A stretch of DNA of 46,925 nt from Opitutales bacterium (GCA_016933595.1 JAFGAQ010000024.1:1-46925); one strand, 5' to 3'. Shown: positions 19,920 to 29,017, counted from the first letter of the stretch. Notes: a model not told the origin generated them from the letters alone. Numbers and translations: made by a program.

Positions 19920-21131
19920 ATGAAACCAGATCTTCTATCCTTGTTTTGTTGGTGTTCCTTCAGTCTGCTTCTATCTCTTCCGATCCATGCGGGCGAAAAA
20001 GGTGTCACCCCTGAGTCGGTCTACGAGATTGCGAACCGGGTGGCGGATTGGCAGATCGCCACCTTCGAAACCCAGGGAGAGTATCGGGCGCTGCCTTTGA
20101 ATCCCCATCCTTGGCAAACGCGCGAAAAGCACCATGAGCTTGACTGGACAAGTGGTGCGCTCTACGCTGGCATGTATCAGTGGAGCCAAATCGCGACTTC
20201 CCGTGGGTATGCGGATTGGCTCCGTCAGGTTGGCGAACGCAACGCCTGGAAACTGCACGAGCGCCCCTATCATGCGGATGACCATACCGTCGGTCAGTTA
20301 TACCTCAGCCTATTCCGGGATACACAGGATCCGCGGATGTTGGAACCAACCCGTAAGCATTTTGACTGGATTCTCGAAAACCGTCGCACCGGTACCTTGG
20401 AATGGACGGCAAATCCGACCGATGCCCATCATCGCTGGGGGTGGTGTGACGCATTGTTCATGGCTCCGCCCGTCTGGGCCCGGTTGGCCCGTATCACCGG
20501 CGATCACAAGTATCTTGCCTTCATGGATGAGGAGTATCAGGCCACCTATGATTTGCTTTGGGATGAACAGGAGCACCTCTTTTGGCGGGATTCGAGCTTC
20601 TTTGATTATCGCGAGAAAAACGGGAGCAAGGTGTTCTGGTCGCGCGGCAATGGATGGGTATTTGGTGGTCTCGCGTTGATGATACCGGACTTTCCGGAGC
20701 AATGGGAACGGCGTTCGTTCTACATCGATACGTTTCGTCAGATGGCCGAAGTCATCAAGCGGGTGCAGCGAAGTGATGGCACATGGTCAATGGGATTGCT
20801 GGGTGCGGAAAAGGACTATGAGGCGAGAGAAACCAGCGGGACGGCATTCTATACCTTTGGATTGGCATGGGGCATCCGCACCGGGATTCTGGACCGGAAT
20901 GAATTCATGCCCGTCGTGATGAAGGCATGGATGGCATTGGTTTCGTCTGTGGATGAAAAGGGAATGCTGCGGTGGGTGCAACCGATTGGGGCGGCTCCCG
21001 GCGAGTCCTTTGAAAACTACAGTGAATTGTATGGGGTGGGGGCCTTTCTCGCCGCCAGTTCAGAAGTCTATCGTCTCATGGATGGCCGACTTCCAGTCGT
21101 GGATCCAGCCCGGAAAGGAACTCGGTGGTAG
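19920..21131 (+). CDS. GH105 unsaturated rhamnogalacturonyl/glucuronyl hydrolase (YteR/YesR-like), secreted
   Basis: Signal peptide MKPDLLSLFCWCSFSLLLSLPIHA. The (alpha/alpha)6-type sequence carries the family hallmark FWSRGNGWVFGGLALMI. Confidence 0.75.
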   Translation: MKPDLLSLFCWCSFSLLLSLPIHAGEKGVTPESVYEIANRVADWQIATFETQGEYRALPLNPHPWQTREKHHELDWTSGALYAGMYQWSQIATSRGYADWLRQVGERNAWKLHERPYHADDHTVGQLYLSLFRDTQDPRMLEPTRKHFDWILENRRTGTLEWTANPTDAHHRWGWCDALFMAPPVWARLARITGDHKYLAFMDEEYQATYDLLWDEQEHLFWRDSSFFDYREKNGSKVFWSRGNGWVFGGLALMIPDFPEQWERRSFYIDTFRQMAEVIKRVQRSDGTWSMGLLGAEKDYEARETSGTAFYTFGLAWGIRTGILDRNEFMPVVMKAWMALVSSVDEKGMLRWVQPIGAAPGESFENYSELYGVGAFLAASSEVYRLMDGRLPVVDPARKGTRW

Positions 21132-21370
21132 GCATGAGCTTTTCAGAGCGGTCATCGGACCAAAGGATGACATTGGCAGTATTCGTTGGTCGCCCGTAAC
21201 CGGTGGTTCATCTTGGGACAATATACGTCCGATGGTGGCGGCAGGAGATGGATACAAGGTGCTGGTCTGGCTAAACGGTCCGTGGAGCACCTATGTCGAT
21301 TATGAAGTCGACGTGCGTGCGATTGTGCTCGAACACCCCTGAGGGAAATCCACGAAAAACGGCGCGATAA

Positions 21371-21577
21371 AAGACGGAACGCATAAGCGTTCCGCTACCT
21401 GAAGAGGTGCTCCCGGGTGTATCATTTTCCCGTATCTCGTTCCCCCGTAGCGGAATGCTCACGCATTCCGAAGCAGCGTGATCCCGAGGTGACGCGCGGA
21501 AATGGAACGAATACGGAACGTCCAATGGGTCGGACTATCAGTCCTCATGGTCTAGGGGGGCGATCCGGGGCGATGCC
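21371..21577. repeat. Mosaic palindromic repeat, locus A (inverted REP-like units at 21375-21398 and 21445-21470, plus module c)
   Basis: CGGAACGCATAAGCGTTCCGCTAC ... CCGTAGCGGAATGCTCACGCATTCCG ... AAGCAGCGTGATCCCGAGGTGACGCGCGG ... TCCAATGGGTCGGACTATCAGTCCTCATGGTCTAGGGG. The same modules recur at 29.0, 31.7 and 46.5 kb. Confidence 0.85.
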
Positions 21578-21923
21578 TGAGCTGGTGTTGGGGGGCGCGC
21601 AGTTGGCGCTTGAAGAGCGAATGCTCGCGTTGGCGTGTCACCCGGATTGTTCCTGTTCGAGGCACATCGTCCCGGAATTGTGTGCGCAACTGTATCCATT
21701 GTCGGATATGTTCGCGGTTTCCGAGAACGTAGCATAGCACCGGACACTAATACACCTGTCCCGATCAATCCATTCATCAATCAGTTTCAATAATCGGTGA
21801 ATCATTCTCTATCCGTCTATAAATAAACAGCTTGCAAAATCCGCTTGTATCTCTGCAAATCCACATCACACTGTAGCCGACGACCTCAATCCCATACCCT
21901 AGTCCGGTGTTATCCACCGTCGA

Positions 21924-22802
21924 ATGTGCGTGAACACAACTGTTCGAAGAAAGATGATCAATTTAAACAATCTCGGCTATCATAGCGATTGCATCGCAAG
22001 GAAGATTGAGGGCGAGTTCACAGAGACGGATACGTATTTCGTCCTTCGAATGCCAAAGAACCCGACTTTCCACTGGGGTAACCTCATTGTCTTTAGAGCA
22101 GAACCTAGAAAATACGATTTCGACGCTTGGATATCCGCGTTCAAAAATGAATTTGGAGAGGAATCAAGCCACATCGCGTTGGGATGGGAGACCCAAGAGA
22201 TCGGCAACATCGACGATTTCATTCAAGCCGGCTTTTCGTTAAAATCGCAATCCGTCCTTGTTCTCGACGAGCTCGAAGAAATCCAGATCTCCAGAAACGA
22301 TCTGGTCATACGAAAAATCGAGTCGGACGCAGACTGGAAGAAAGTCCTGGAACTTCAAATCTACATCTCAGAAGGAGAGAATCCGAGCAAGGATTACGTA
22401 GACTTCAAGGTTCGGGATTTTGAGACCTATCGTGCTCTAAGCGAGAATGGCGATGGAAATTGGTGGGGAGTCTTTCTAGGCGAAAAGCTAGTCGGAGATA
22501 TGGGACTTTACTTCGACAATTCGCTTGAGACAGGTCGATTCCAGAGCGTGGAAACTCATCCCGACTATCGGAGAATGGGCGTCTGCTCGAAGTTATTGTA
22601 TTGGGTTTCCAGTGACGCTTTGAGAAAGAATCCGAGAATCAAGCTGGTGATCTGCACTGAGAGGGATTCGGATGCGGAAAGAATCTACCGAAAGCTCGGT
22701 TTTGTGCGCCACCAAGCACAACACGGAGTCTGCTTACCCGGAAAATTGAAAATCAGTTCGAACAAGTCGGCCCCTACAACTTCGGCTATCGTTCTGCGAT
22801 GA
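21924..22802 (+). CDS. GNAT-family N-acetyltransferase (two-lobed, ~290 aa)
   Basis: C-terminal half carries the acetyl-CoA motif region VETHPDYRRMGVCSKLLYWV and AERIYRKLGFV. An alternative start is ATG 21954 (MINLNN). The gene is visibly AT-richer than its flanks. Confidence 0.7.
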   Translation: MCVNTTVRRKMINLNNLGYHSDCIARKIEGEFTETDTYFVLRMPKNPTFHWGNLIVFRAEPRKYDFDAWISAFKNEFGEESSHIALGWETQEIGNIDDFIQAGFSLKSQSVLVLDELEEIQISRNDLVIRKIESDADWKKVLELQIYISEGENPSKDYVDFKVRDFETYRALSENGDGNWWGVFLGEKLVGDMGLYFDNSLETGRFQSVETHPDYRRMGVCSKLLYWVSSDALRKNPRIKLVICTERDSDAERIYRKLGFVRHQAQHGVCLPGKLKISSNKSAPTTSAIVLR

Positions 22803-23329
22803 CCTCGCGTATGGCCTTCACGTTAGCAAAAATGAATGATTGGCGTATCAAGTTTGATGTTGAGCAAGACATATCGGAGGTTCGCGCTATCGTGGATTCG
22901 CAGATCGTGGAAAGAGGCGAGCCCAAAGTGTTCTTTCGCGCTGCCGTAACACGGCTGTCGATTTGCATCCGCGACCTGGTCGCGAAGTCACAGATTCTTG
23001 CGAAGAAGAAGATCTCGTTTACAGATGATGTTATCATTGAAGCCCCCGTTAATGATGTAAGCTCGTTGGTGAAGTTCATGCGGAATGCCATGTGCCATGT
23101 TGATACAGATCTTCACCTGCTCGATGCGGGCGTCTACTTCTCCATGGAAATCGTTCGAGGGAAGGCCACCTCGCACCAAATGAGTGGCCGTAGCTTTGGA
23201 TCGGATTATGCCGACGATGTTGCTTTCCTGATTGGTCCCCAGCGGATTTACTATCGGCGGCATCTCATCCGCGCTTTCGATGAAGCCGTGGCCAATCTGG
23301 AATCCCATTTCCGGGACAATCTGTGTTAA
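22799..23329 (+). CDS. Hypothetical 176-aa protein with a HEPN-like Rx4H motif (RNAMCH)
   Basis: The ATG overlaps the GNAT stop (ATGA at 22799-22802). The N-terminal ~100 aa look helical, with FMRNAMCH encoded at 23081-23098 (R95..H100). That position and form (R-N-x3-H) are typical of HEPN RNase domains. No other family recognised. Confidence 0.45.
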   Translation: MTSRMAFTLAKMNDWRIKFDVEQDISEVRAIVDSQIVERGEPKVFFRAAVTRLSICIRDLVAKSQILAKKKISFTDDVIIEAPVNDVSSLVKFMRNAMCHVDTDLHLLDAGVYFSMEIVRGKATSHQMSGRSFGSDYADDVAFLIGPQRIYYRRHLIRAFDEAVANLESHFRDNLC

Positions 23330-23435
23330 TTCCGAGAAATGCTTTGGAGCTAAACCGATTGCTTTTTCCATTCTGTGGGCAAGCACTGAATGGGCTTCGC
23401 AACCGTCTCGCTCATCTTTCACGTTGATAAAAACC

Positions 23436-24350
23436 ATGACACCGAGCAAAGAGAGTAAAACGATACGTCAGCACATCCACAAGGAGACTGGGGAGAACGA
23501 GGCCCCACTGGAGGACCAAAGGAAAGCGTGGATTGATTACGCAAAAACACAGACGATCGATTCCCGGGTCTCGATGTCCAAGGAGACGATTGCAAATGTG
23601 CCTTGTCTTTGGATTACCCGATCGGAATCACCAAAGAGCCCAACAATTGTTTACCTCCACGGTGGCGGTCTTGTAGACGGAGCGATTGTTACCCATCGTG
23701 AATTCGTGTCCAGACTCGTCGCGGAGAGTGGCTATGGAGCATTGATGGTAGGCTATCGTTTGGCTCCCGAGCACAGGTTTCCCGCGTCGCTTGAGGACGT
23801 CGTGGCCGTATGCGATGCTTTCCCGATAGATCGCCAATACATTCTCGGAGGGGACTCCTCCGGCGCGGGTCTTGCCGTTGCTGCAACAGCCGAGCTCAGG
23901 AACAAGAATAAGAGATTGCCGGTCTGCGTTTTCACGATCTCCGGAGTCTTCGATATGACATTGTCTGGCGAATCCATGGTTTCCCGAAATAACCTTGACC
24001 CGTGCCTTTCCTTCAAGGCTTTGACAGGATGGACGAAGCATTTCACAGATTACGATCTCAGTGACCCACGAATCTCGCCACTGTTCGGAGCTGTGACTGG
24101 CTTCCCTCCCGTTCTACTCCAAGTAGGCGACCATGAAGTCTGGCTCGACGATTCAATAAGACTAAAAGAAAAGATTCATTCTTCGGGTGGTAAGGCCGAA
24201 CTCAGGATTTGGGATTCGATGTGGCACGTCTGGCATATGTACTCTGATCTTCCTGAAGCACTCGAAGCGATAAAGGAAATCGGAGACTTCATCGACAAGA
24301 GCATTGAAGAAAGTGTGAACCAGCCAGCCCATACAACTCCGTTACGTTAG
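23436..24350 (+). CDS. Alpha/beta-hydrolase, hormone-sensitive-lipase-type esterase (Abhydrolase_3)
   Basis: Oxyanion motif VYLHGGGLVDG, nucleophile elbow GGDSSGAGLA, and the distal acid/His region (QVGDHEVWLDD, MWHVWHM). Start trimmed to ATG 23436; the ORF-track start 23232 would overlap the upstream gene. Confidence 0.8.
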   Translation: MTPSKESKTIRQHIHKETGENEAPLEDQRKAWIDYAKTQTIDSRVSMSKETIANVPCLWITRSESPKSPTIVYLHGGGLVDGAIVTHREFVSRLVAESGYGALMVGYRLAPEHRFPASLEDVVAVCDAFPIDRQYILGGDSSGAGLAVAATAELRNKNKRLPVCVFTISGVFDMTLSGESMVSRNNLDPCLSFKALTGWTKHFTDYDLSDPRISPLFGAVTGFPPVLLQVGDHEVWLDDSIRLKEKIHSSGGKAELRIWDSMWHVWHMYSDLPEALEAIKEIGDFIDKSIEESVNQPAHTTPLR

Positions 24351-24594
24351 GTCATAGATGAAGAAGGCAATCGCAATCATCGGACAGCTCCTGTTGCTGG
24401 TTCCTGTTTTGACTATCGGGATGAATATGAGCAGACTGCAGGGCCTACCTTAGAAGAAGTAGAAAAGTGCCTCTTTGGATTTGTGGGTCGGTAAGTCTCA
24501 ATGATCCAATCAGAAATGGGAATTGGAGATGCGAAGTGTCAGATTGCGGGATGCATATCGACGTTGTTTGGATTCCGGAATTGGCGTTTCTAAA

Positions 24595-26202
24595 CTACCG
24601 AAGGAAGGAGATGCGTTGAATTGCGATGGCGGGTTCGCCTATCACCGGATAAGCACTTGGTGGGAGCTTGACGCCGCCTGTGCCTTGCTCAGGAACCTCA
24701 TCCCCGTTCATCACGCGGTTGACGACCCACTTGCCATTGTCCAGGAATCCGTCCTCAACGCCCGCGTTGATGAGCCGAGCAAGGCCGCTGGCTTCCGCCA
24801 ATTTGAAATCCATTTGGAAACCACAACCCGCGACTAGAAATGAGTTATCAGATTCTTGAATCACCAACCCAAAGGCGGCGAAGGGATCATGGTTTTCCCG
24901 ACCGCTTTCAAACATTTGCTGAGCGTTTGATTCGAGGGCGTAGTGAATGGTGAGTTCATAGTCACCCAGTTGGATGATCTCGGAGAGCTGTTGCTTGTCG
25001 CGATAGAAGCCCCGACACCTATTGTGGGCACGGGCGTTGAGAAGCAGAGGTTCCAGTTGACGCAGGACCTTGTATGCCTCGGCGAGAAGCCCATCCTGAT
25101 AGTATTGGTTGTCGATGCCGAATGGAGCGAATCCCAATGCGCCCTCCCCAAATGAGTAGAAGGCTTTTGCGGCTGCACTTTGGGGATGATCTCCTCCCCA
25201 CCAACCTGCAGCCTCCGGGATGAAGAGGGGATTATCCCTATGCTTGTATTTGCGGCATTCTCCCCTGAAATCCAATCGGTAATTGTCCACTGCATATAGA
25301 TCGATCGAAGGAGCCGCTGCCATCCAAATGTCGAGCATGGTGTGCACGGGTCCGCCGCTTGGGTGGACTCCCGGGGTGGGATTCTGCGGGTCAATTGTCC
25401 ATGCGTTGACGAACATGGGCAGGGGATGGATGGCTTTCCCCGCTTGTGCGATGGCGTTGGTGAACGTTGCCATGTGCCATGCCATGAATACCTCATCACA
25501 CAAATCTCCCGTGCCGAAGGTCTGCGCCCATGGCAGGCCATGTGGGCATTCGCATTCGCATCGGGTCCACGCGTCCCGTATGGCGGGCTTTAACTCAGCC
25601 ATATGTACTTCAAGTGAGTGAGTGAGGGTGTTGGGGACGGGGCATTCGAATGCCAGTTGTGCGAGGGGGGAACGGTCGCGGGTGTCGCCCAGCAGTCCGA
25701 TTTCGTTTTCAACCTGAACCATCACCACAGTTTGTCCATTCGGATCGAGTGCCCTGATGGATTTCATGAATTGAGTGAACGCGCGTTGGTCTGCCTTTAG
25801 GGTCTCTGATCCGAAGGGTGAAAAGGCTTGTTCGCTCATCAGGGGAAATCGGTCCGGGTTCTTCCACATCCAAGTGGGAGCGTAGCCGGAATACCCGTTT
25901 TTCCATGTCGCAAGCCACAAGATTGCGATCAGATAGCCTTCCTTTTGTGCGCTTTGGATGATGGCCGAAAGAAGGCTTTGATCAAAGGTGCCTTCGTCGG
26001 GTTCAAACTGTCGCCATGAGAACGGGATAAGGACGAAATTGAGGGAAAGGGCTTTCAGTGGCTTCCATAATGTGTCCAGGAATGCACGAGTGGATGCGCT
26101 TGAATTGCGGATTTCGCCACCAAAGAGCAGGGTTGGTTTTCCATTCACAAGGAAATCAACGTGTGTCGGATACCTTACAAGATGGGGGATGGTTTGAGTC
26201 AT
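24595..26202 (-). CDS. Clan GH-A beta-galactosidase-like hydrolase (GH35-type N-domain with DUF5597-type C-domain), no signal peptide
   Basis: TIM-barrel hallmarks FSWRQFEPDEGTFD and the acid/base motif VVMVQVENEIG. Length (~535 aa) and architecture match the GH35-like/DUF5597 group as I remember it. Confidence 0.55.
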   Translation of the reverse strand: MTQTIPHLVRYPTHVDFLVNGKPTLLFGGEIRNSSASTRAFLDTLWKPLKALSLNFVLIPFSWRQFEPDEGTFDQSLLSAIIQSAQKEGYLIAILWLATWKNGYSGYAPTWMWKNPDRFPLMSEQAFSPFGSETLKADQRAFTQFMKSIRALDPNGQTVVMVQVENEIGLLGDTRDRSPLAQLAFECPVPNTLTHSLEVHMAELKPAIRDAWTRCECECPHGLPWAQTFGTGDLCDEVFMAWHMATFTNAIAQAGKAIHPLPMFVNAWTIDPQNPTPGVHPSGGPVHTMLDIWMAAAPSIDLYAVDNYRLDFRGECRKYKHRDNPLFIPEAAGWWGGDHPQSAAAKAFYSFGEGALGFAPFGIDNQYYQDGLLAEAYKVLRQLEPLLLNARAHNRCRGFYRDKQQLSEIIQLGDYELTIHYALESNAQQMFESGRENHDPFAAFGLVIQESDNSFLVAGCGFQMDFKLAEASGLARLINAGVEDGFLDNGKWVVNRVMNGDEVPEQGTGGVKLPPSAYPVIGEPAIAIQRISFLR

Positions 26203-26237
26203 GGCGGGGTTATAAGTCCGGTTTTCGATATGGGAGT

Positions 26238-26278
26238 AATGAAGACGGAAGACGCATGCGTCTCGCTACGCCGGTAAG
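26238..26278. repeat. Degenerate fragment of the mosaic repeat (locus E)
   Basis: AATGAAGACGGAAGACGCATGCGTCTCGCTACGCCGGTAAG aligns by eye to AATGGAACGAAGACGGAACGCTTACGCGTCCCGCTACCTGAAG. Its palindromic unit is reshaped into a perfect 12-bp palindrome GACGCATGCGTC (26251-26262). Confidence 0.5.
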
Positions 26279-26331
26279 CATTTCGCCGCAGTGGGAAGTG
26301 TAAGCTTTCCGGCATATGCCTCGTCCGGGCA

Positions 26332-28932
26332 TCAATTCCTTGCGCGGGTTTCTTTGGGCCCGAGGTAAGTGGTGGGCAGGGGCTCAAAATGCAGTGCGAT
26401 TTTGTCCACAACGACACCCGGATCGAGCTGAATGAGGCGCAGGATGTGTGGTCCGGTTTCCAGTAATCCGAGGGCTGCGGTAGCTGTGACGGTAGCGTTG
26501 AGGACGGCTTGTTTCCATGGATCATCCCCCACCTCCCTGGGGATTTCGATGATCGTGGGACCATCGTCATCGAGGGAAATGGCGAGACGCAGGATTCCGG
26601 AATTGTTGGCAGGGAAGGTCGGCAACAGCCAAGCTGTGAGTTGAACTGGCCCGGATGATTGAGTGGTGAAGTCGTATTCGAGCGTGGCCGCGTTTTTTGC
26701 TCCAGGATCAAGGGTAGGGCTGTTCTCGGGGAAGATGGCAACGGCATCTCCCGAACGACCGGCTCCAGCCACAACACGCCATAACGCGTCCGCTGGCGAT
26801 GTGCGATGGGTGAAATGCTCGGTCTCGATGGCGATGACCCCGTCGATTTCGATGAAACGGTGGCCTCCCTCGGGAAGGTCTTGCGGGAGCAATGCCCCGA
26901 TGTCTTCGGCGGGCTGGGGAAGTAGGGTCGGTTTCCATTGTTCTGCGACCATGTTTTCTGCCGGGATTGGAATGGCTGCGGTGCGGTAGGATCTCCAGTT
27001 ATAGTCGGCAGGTTCAATGGCCATCATGTGGCGCCATTTGCCATTGGATAATCCGTGGTTGTAGTGATGGGTGAGCTCCTGCAGGCGTTTGTCTGCCTGC
27101 CGGACCAAGAGTCCGTGTTGCCGGCGCAGGGCATTGTCATCGAAAAACAGCTCGCGGTAGCGTTCGCTGTGGAAGACCCGCTGGTTTGCGGCGGCGCTTG
27201 CTGCGACTGGATAGAGCACGAGTTGGAAGAACGCATCGTGGAAGACCGTTGGCAGCGCGGCCTCCACAGCTTGTGCACGTTGGATGAGGTTGGCGAAGGC
27301 GGCGAGGCGTTCTTGCTTTTCCCGTTGGGTCAGCGGGCTGGCTGTTTCGCGTGTATGCGGCATCCACCATTGAAGGTGCTCGGGACGACGTTGGAAGTTG
27401 AGCTCGTAATAGCCCTCAATGATGCTGGCAATTTCGCCGGATTGGTCCGGCCCGAATTCCCGTTTGGCCCAGTCATGAATGAATGCTTCGATGGTCTCCG
27501 GCTGCCAGCGGTGAATGTCCCAAGCGAGTTCAAGAAAGAATCCGGTGGCGCATTCCGCGGGTTTGATGTCACCCACGTTCGCAACCCAGAGCGTTCGGGC
27601 CCCGTTGGTCCATGCCTGGTGCATCTGTTGCCAAATCACTCCCGGTGGGGTGGTTTGTAGCCATAAATAGGAAAGAGGGGCACCCAAATAGGACAGGTGA
27701 TAATAAATGCCCGATCCTCCCGTGCGCTGCTGCTCGGCGGTTGTGGGAAAGTGACGGATGTAGCCATGGTTGTCGTCGGGCCAAACCAAGGTGACTTCAT
27801 CCGGTATGGTGAGGCCGTTGTCGTAGAGCTCGAGCACTTCCTTGTAGGGTGTGAATACTTGAGGAATCCGGCTCAGGTCGTTGCCCAGGTGACGGGAGAG
27901 GATGTCGCGCTGCTCGCGGAGGATCGTATCCAGAAATGCCACCTTTTCTTCGATGCTGTTTCCTGCCGTCATTCCGGAGTCGTGGATGCCCCGCATCCCC
28001 AAGGTGTAGATGTTTTCGCAGTCCTTGTTTGCTGAGATCCTTTTGTCCCAGTAGGAGAGCACCTCCCGAGGATGGGTGGAGAAATTGTAGTGTTCCTTGG
28101 GCAGCGACCATTCTCTGACATTGTTGCGCAGCATGGGCTCGGCATGCGAAGAACCCATGATGATGCCGTACTCTGATGCGATCCGTGCGCTATCCGAGTC
28201 TGCATTGAATGCGCGGGTAACCTCGTGCATGGCGGGCCAGAGGAGATTGGCTTTGAGTCGCAGCAGCAATTCAAAAACACGGGCGTAGGTCTTTGGGCCG
28301 ATATCGCCGAGTTCAGGATCATGGGTGTGGCTGGCCCATGGCTGGAGTCCCCAGTCCTCGTCGTTGATGAAGATGCCCCGGTATTTGACGGATGGAGATC
28401 CCGTGATCGGGGTGGTGGCATCGAGTGTGACTCCGGGATTGGGGATAACCGGAACGTCGGCCCACCAATACCATGGCGAGACTCCGATGCGTCGGGACAC
28501 TTCGTAGATGCCGAAGATGGTGCCGCGAACATCGCTCCCGATGATTAGCAAATCCGGCGTTGGGTGTGAAGTGGATTCGGACTCCACTATGGAGTAGGCT
28601 TCCCATTTTCCGGTGATGGATGCGGTGTCGATGCTTTGCGCTGTGGATAGGCGTTGGCGGATCAGTGGGTCGTCCACTTGTCCAATGAGTATGAAGGGTT
28701 GATGGATTGACGGTAGTCGATCAAGCAGGTCGGGGGCGTTCCCGGTGACCCGCTCGATGTCGGATGCCAGATTCCTTGCCGCCCGGTGGATTGGGCCGGG
28801 TGAATCGGGAGAGACGACAATGGGAAGCGGCTGGCCGTTTTCCAGAAACCGGAAGGATGCAGTGACCGGGTTGCTCAGAAGCAGGAGCATCAACCAAGCA
28901 CATGGGATTAGCGTAAAAGAAATCCGGAGCAT
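26332..28932 (-). CDS. GH115 alpha-glucuronidase-type hydrolase, secreted
   Basis: Signal peptide MLRISFTLIPCAWLMLLLLSNPVTA. Family-typical VKYRGIFINDEDWGLQPWA and a ~860-aa multi-domain length. Confidence 0.65.
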   Translation of the reverse strand: MLRISFTLIPCAWLMLLLLSNPVTASFRFLENGQPLPIVVSPDSPGPIHRAARNLASDIERVTGNAPDLLDRLPSIHQPFILIGQVDDPLIRQRLSTAQSIDTASITGKWEAYSIVESESTSHPTPDLLIIGSDVRGTIFGIYEVSRRIGVSPWYWWADVPVIPNPGVTLDATTPITGSPSVKYRGIFINDEDWGLQPWASHTHDPELGDIGPKTYARVFELLLRLKANLLWPAMHEVTRAFNADSDSARIASEYGIIMGSSHAEPMLRNNVREWSLPKEHYNFSTHPREVLSYWDKRISANKDCENIYTLGMRGIHDSGMTAGNSIEEKVAFLDTILREQRDILSRHLGNDLSRIPQVFTPYKEVLELYDNGLTIPDEVTLVWPDDNHGYIRHFPTTAEQQRTGGSGIYYHLSYLGAPLSYLWLQTTPPGVIWQQMHQAWTNGARTLWVANVGDIKPAECATGFFLELAWDIHRWQPETIEAFIHDWAKREFGPDQSGEIASIIEGYYELNFQRRPEHLQWWMPHTRETASPLTQREKQERLAAFANLIQRAQAVEAALPTVFHDAFFQLVLYPVAASAAANQRVFHSERYRELFFDDNALRRQHGLLVRQADKRLQELTHHYNHGLSNGKWRHMMAIEPADYNWRSYRTAAIPIPAENMVAEQWKPTLLPQPAEDIGALLPQDLPEGGHRFIEIDGVIAIETEHFTHRTSPADALWRVVAGAGRSGDAVAIFPENSPTLDPGAKNAATLEYDFTTQSSGPVQLTAWLLPTFPANNSGILRLAISLDDDGPTIIEIPREVGDDPWKQAVLNATVTATAALGLLETGPHILRLIQLDPGVVVDKIALHFEPLPTTYLGPKETRARN

Positions 28933-28979
28933 AGTGAGAGTATGCGTCGGATGCCCCAGCCTCTCAACAGCGGATGAGT

Positions 28980-28992
28980 GTTGACTGTCAGA
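28980..28992. promoter_or_regulatory. Operator-like motif GTTGAC-T-GTCAGA
   Basis: Centre is 54 nt upstream of the GH115 ATG (28932). It shares 11 of 13 positions with the site at 15808-15820, which lies at nearly the same distance from its own gene start. Confidence 0.3.
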
Positions 28993-29017
28993 AATCCAGC
29001 GACCGGCAAGGGGATAT

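Noticed and set aside
21132-21342. Protein-like tail of ORF 20953-21342 downstream of the GH105 stop (…GDGYKVLVWLNGPWSTYVDYEVDVRAIVLEHP)
   Set aside because: Apart from a late one (MVAAGDG…, ~35 codons), there is no in-frame ATG after the GH105 stop, and I recognise no family. It could be a gene fragment, but I cannot support a call. A tblastn/blastx check would settle it.
21417-21737. ORFs translating the palindromic repeats (21417-21737, 29143-29340, 28974-29177, 31653-31874, 31684-31995) that share peptides such as IPKQRDPEVTRGNG
   Set aside because: The shared peptide simply reflects the shared DNA repeat. The reading frames are interrupted differently at each locus and there are no credible starts or protein features.
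21552-21740. Possible remnant of a REP-associated tyrosine transposase (RAYT) next to repeat locus A, from the minus-strand peptide LCYVLGNREHIRQWIQLRTQFRDD
   Set aside because: The resemblance to the YHV..RGN.R..IF N-terminal RAYT motif is loose. There is no HUH motif or catalytic Tyr region. Only ~60 codons are open, starting at a GTG, and the space available (~200 bp) is far too small. It is worth a tblastn check but is not supportable from sequence alone.
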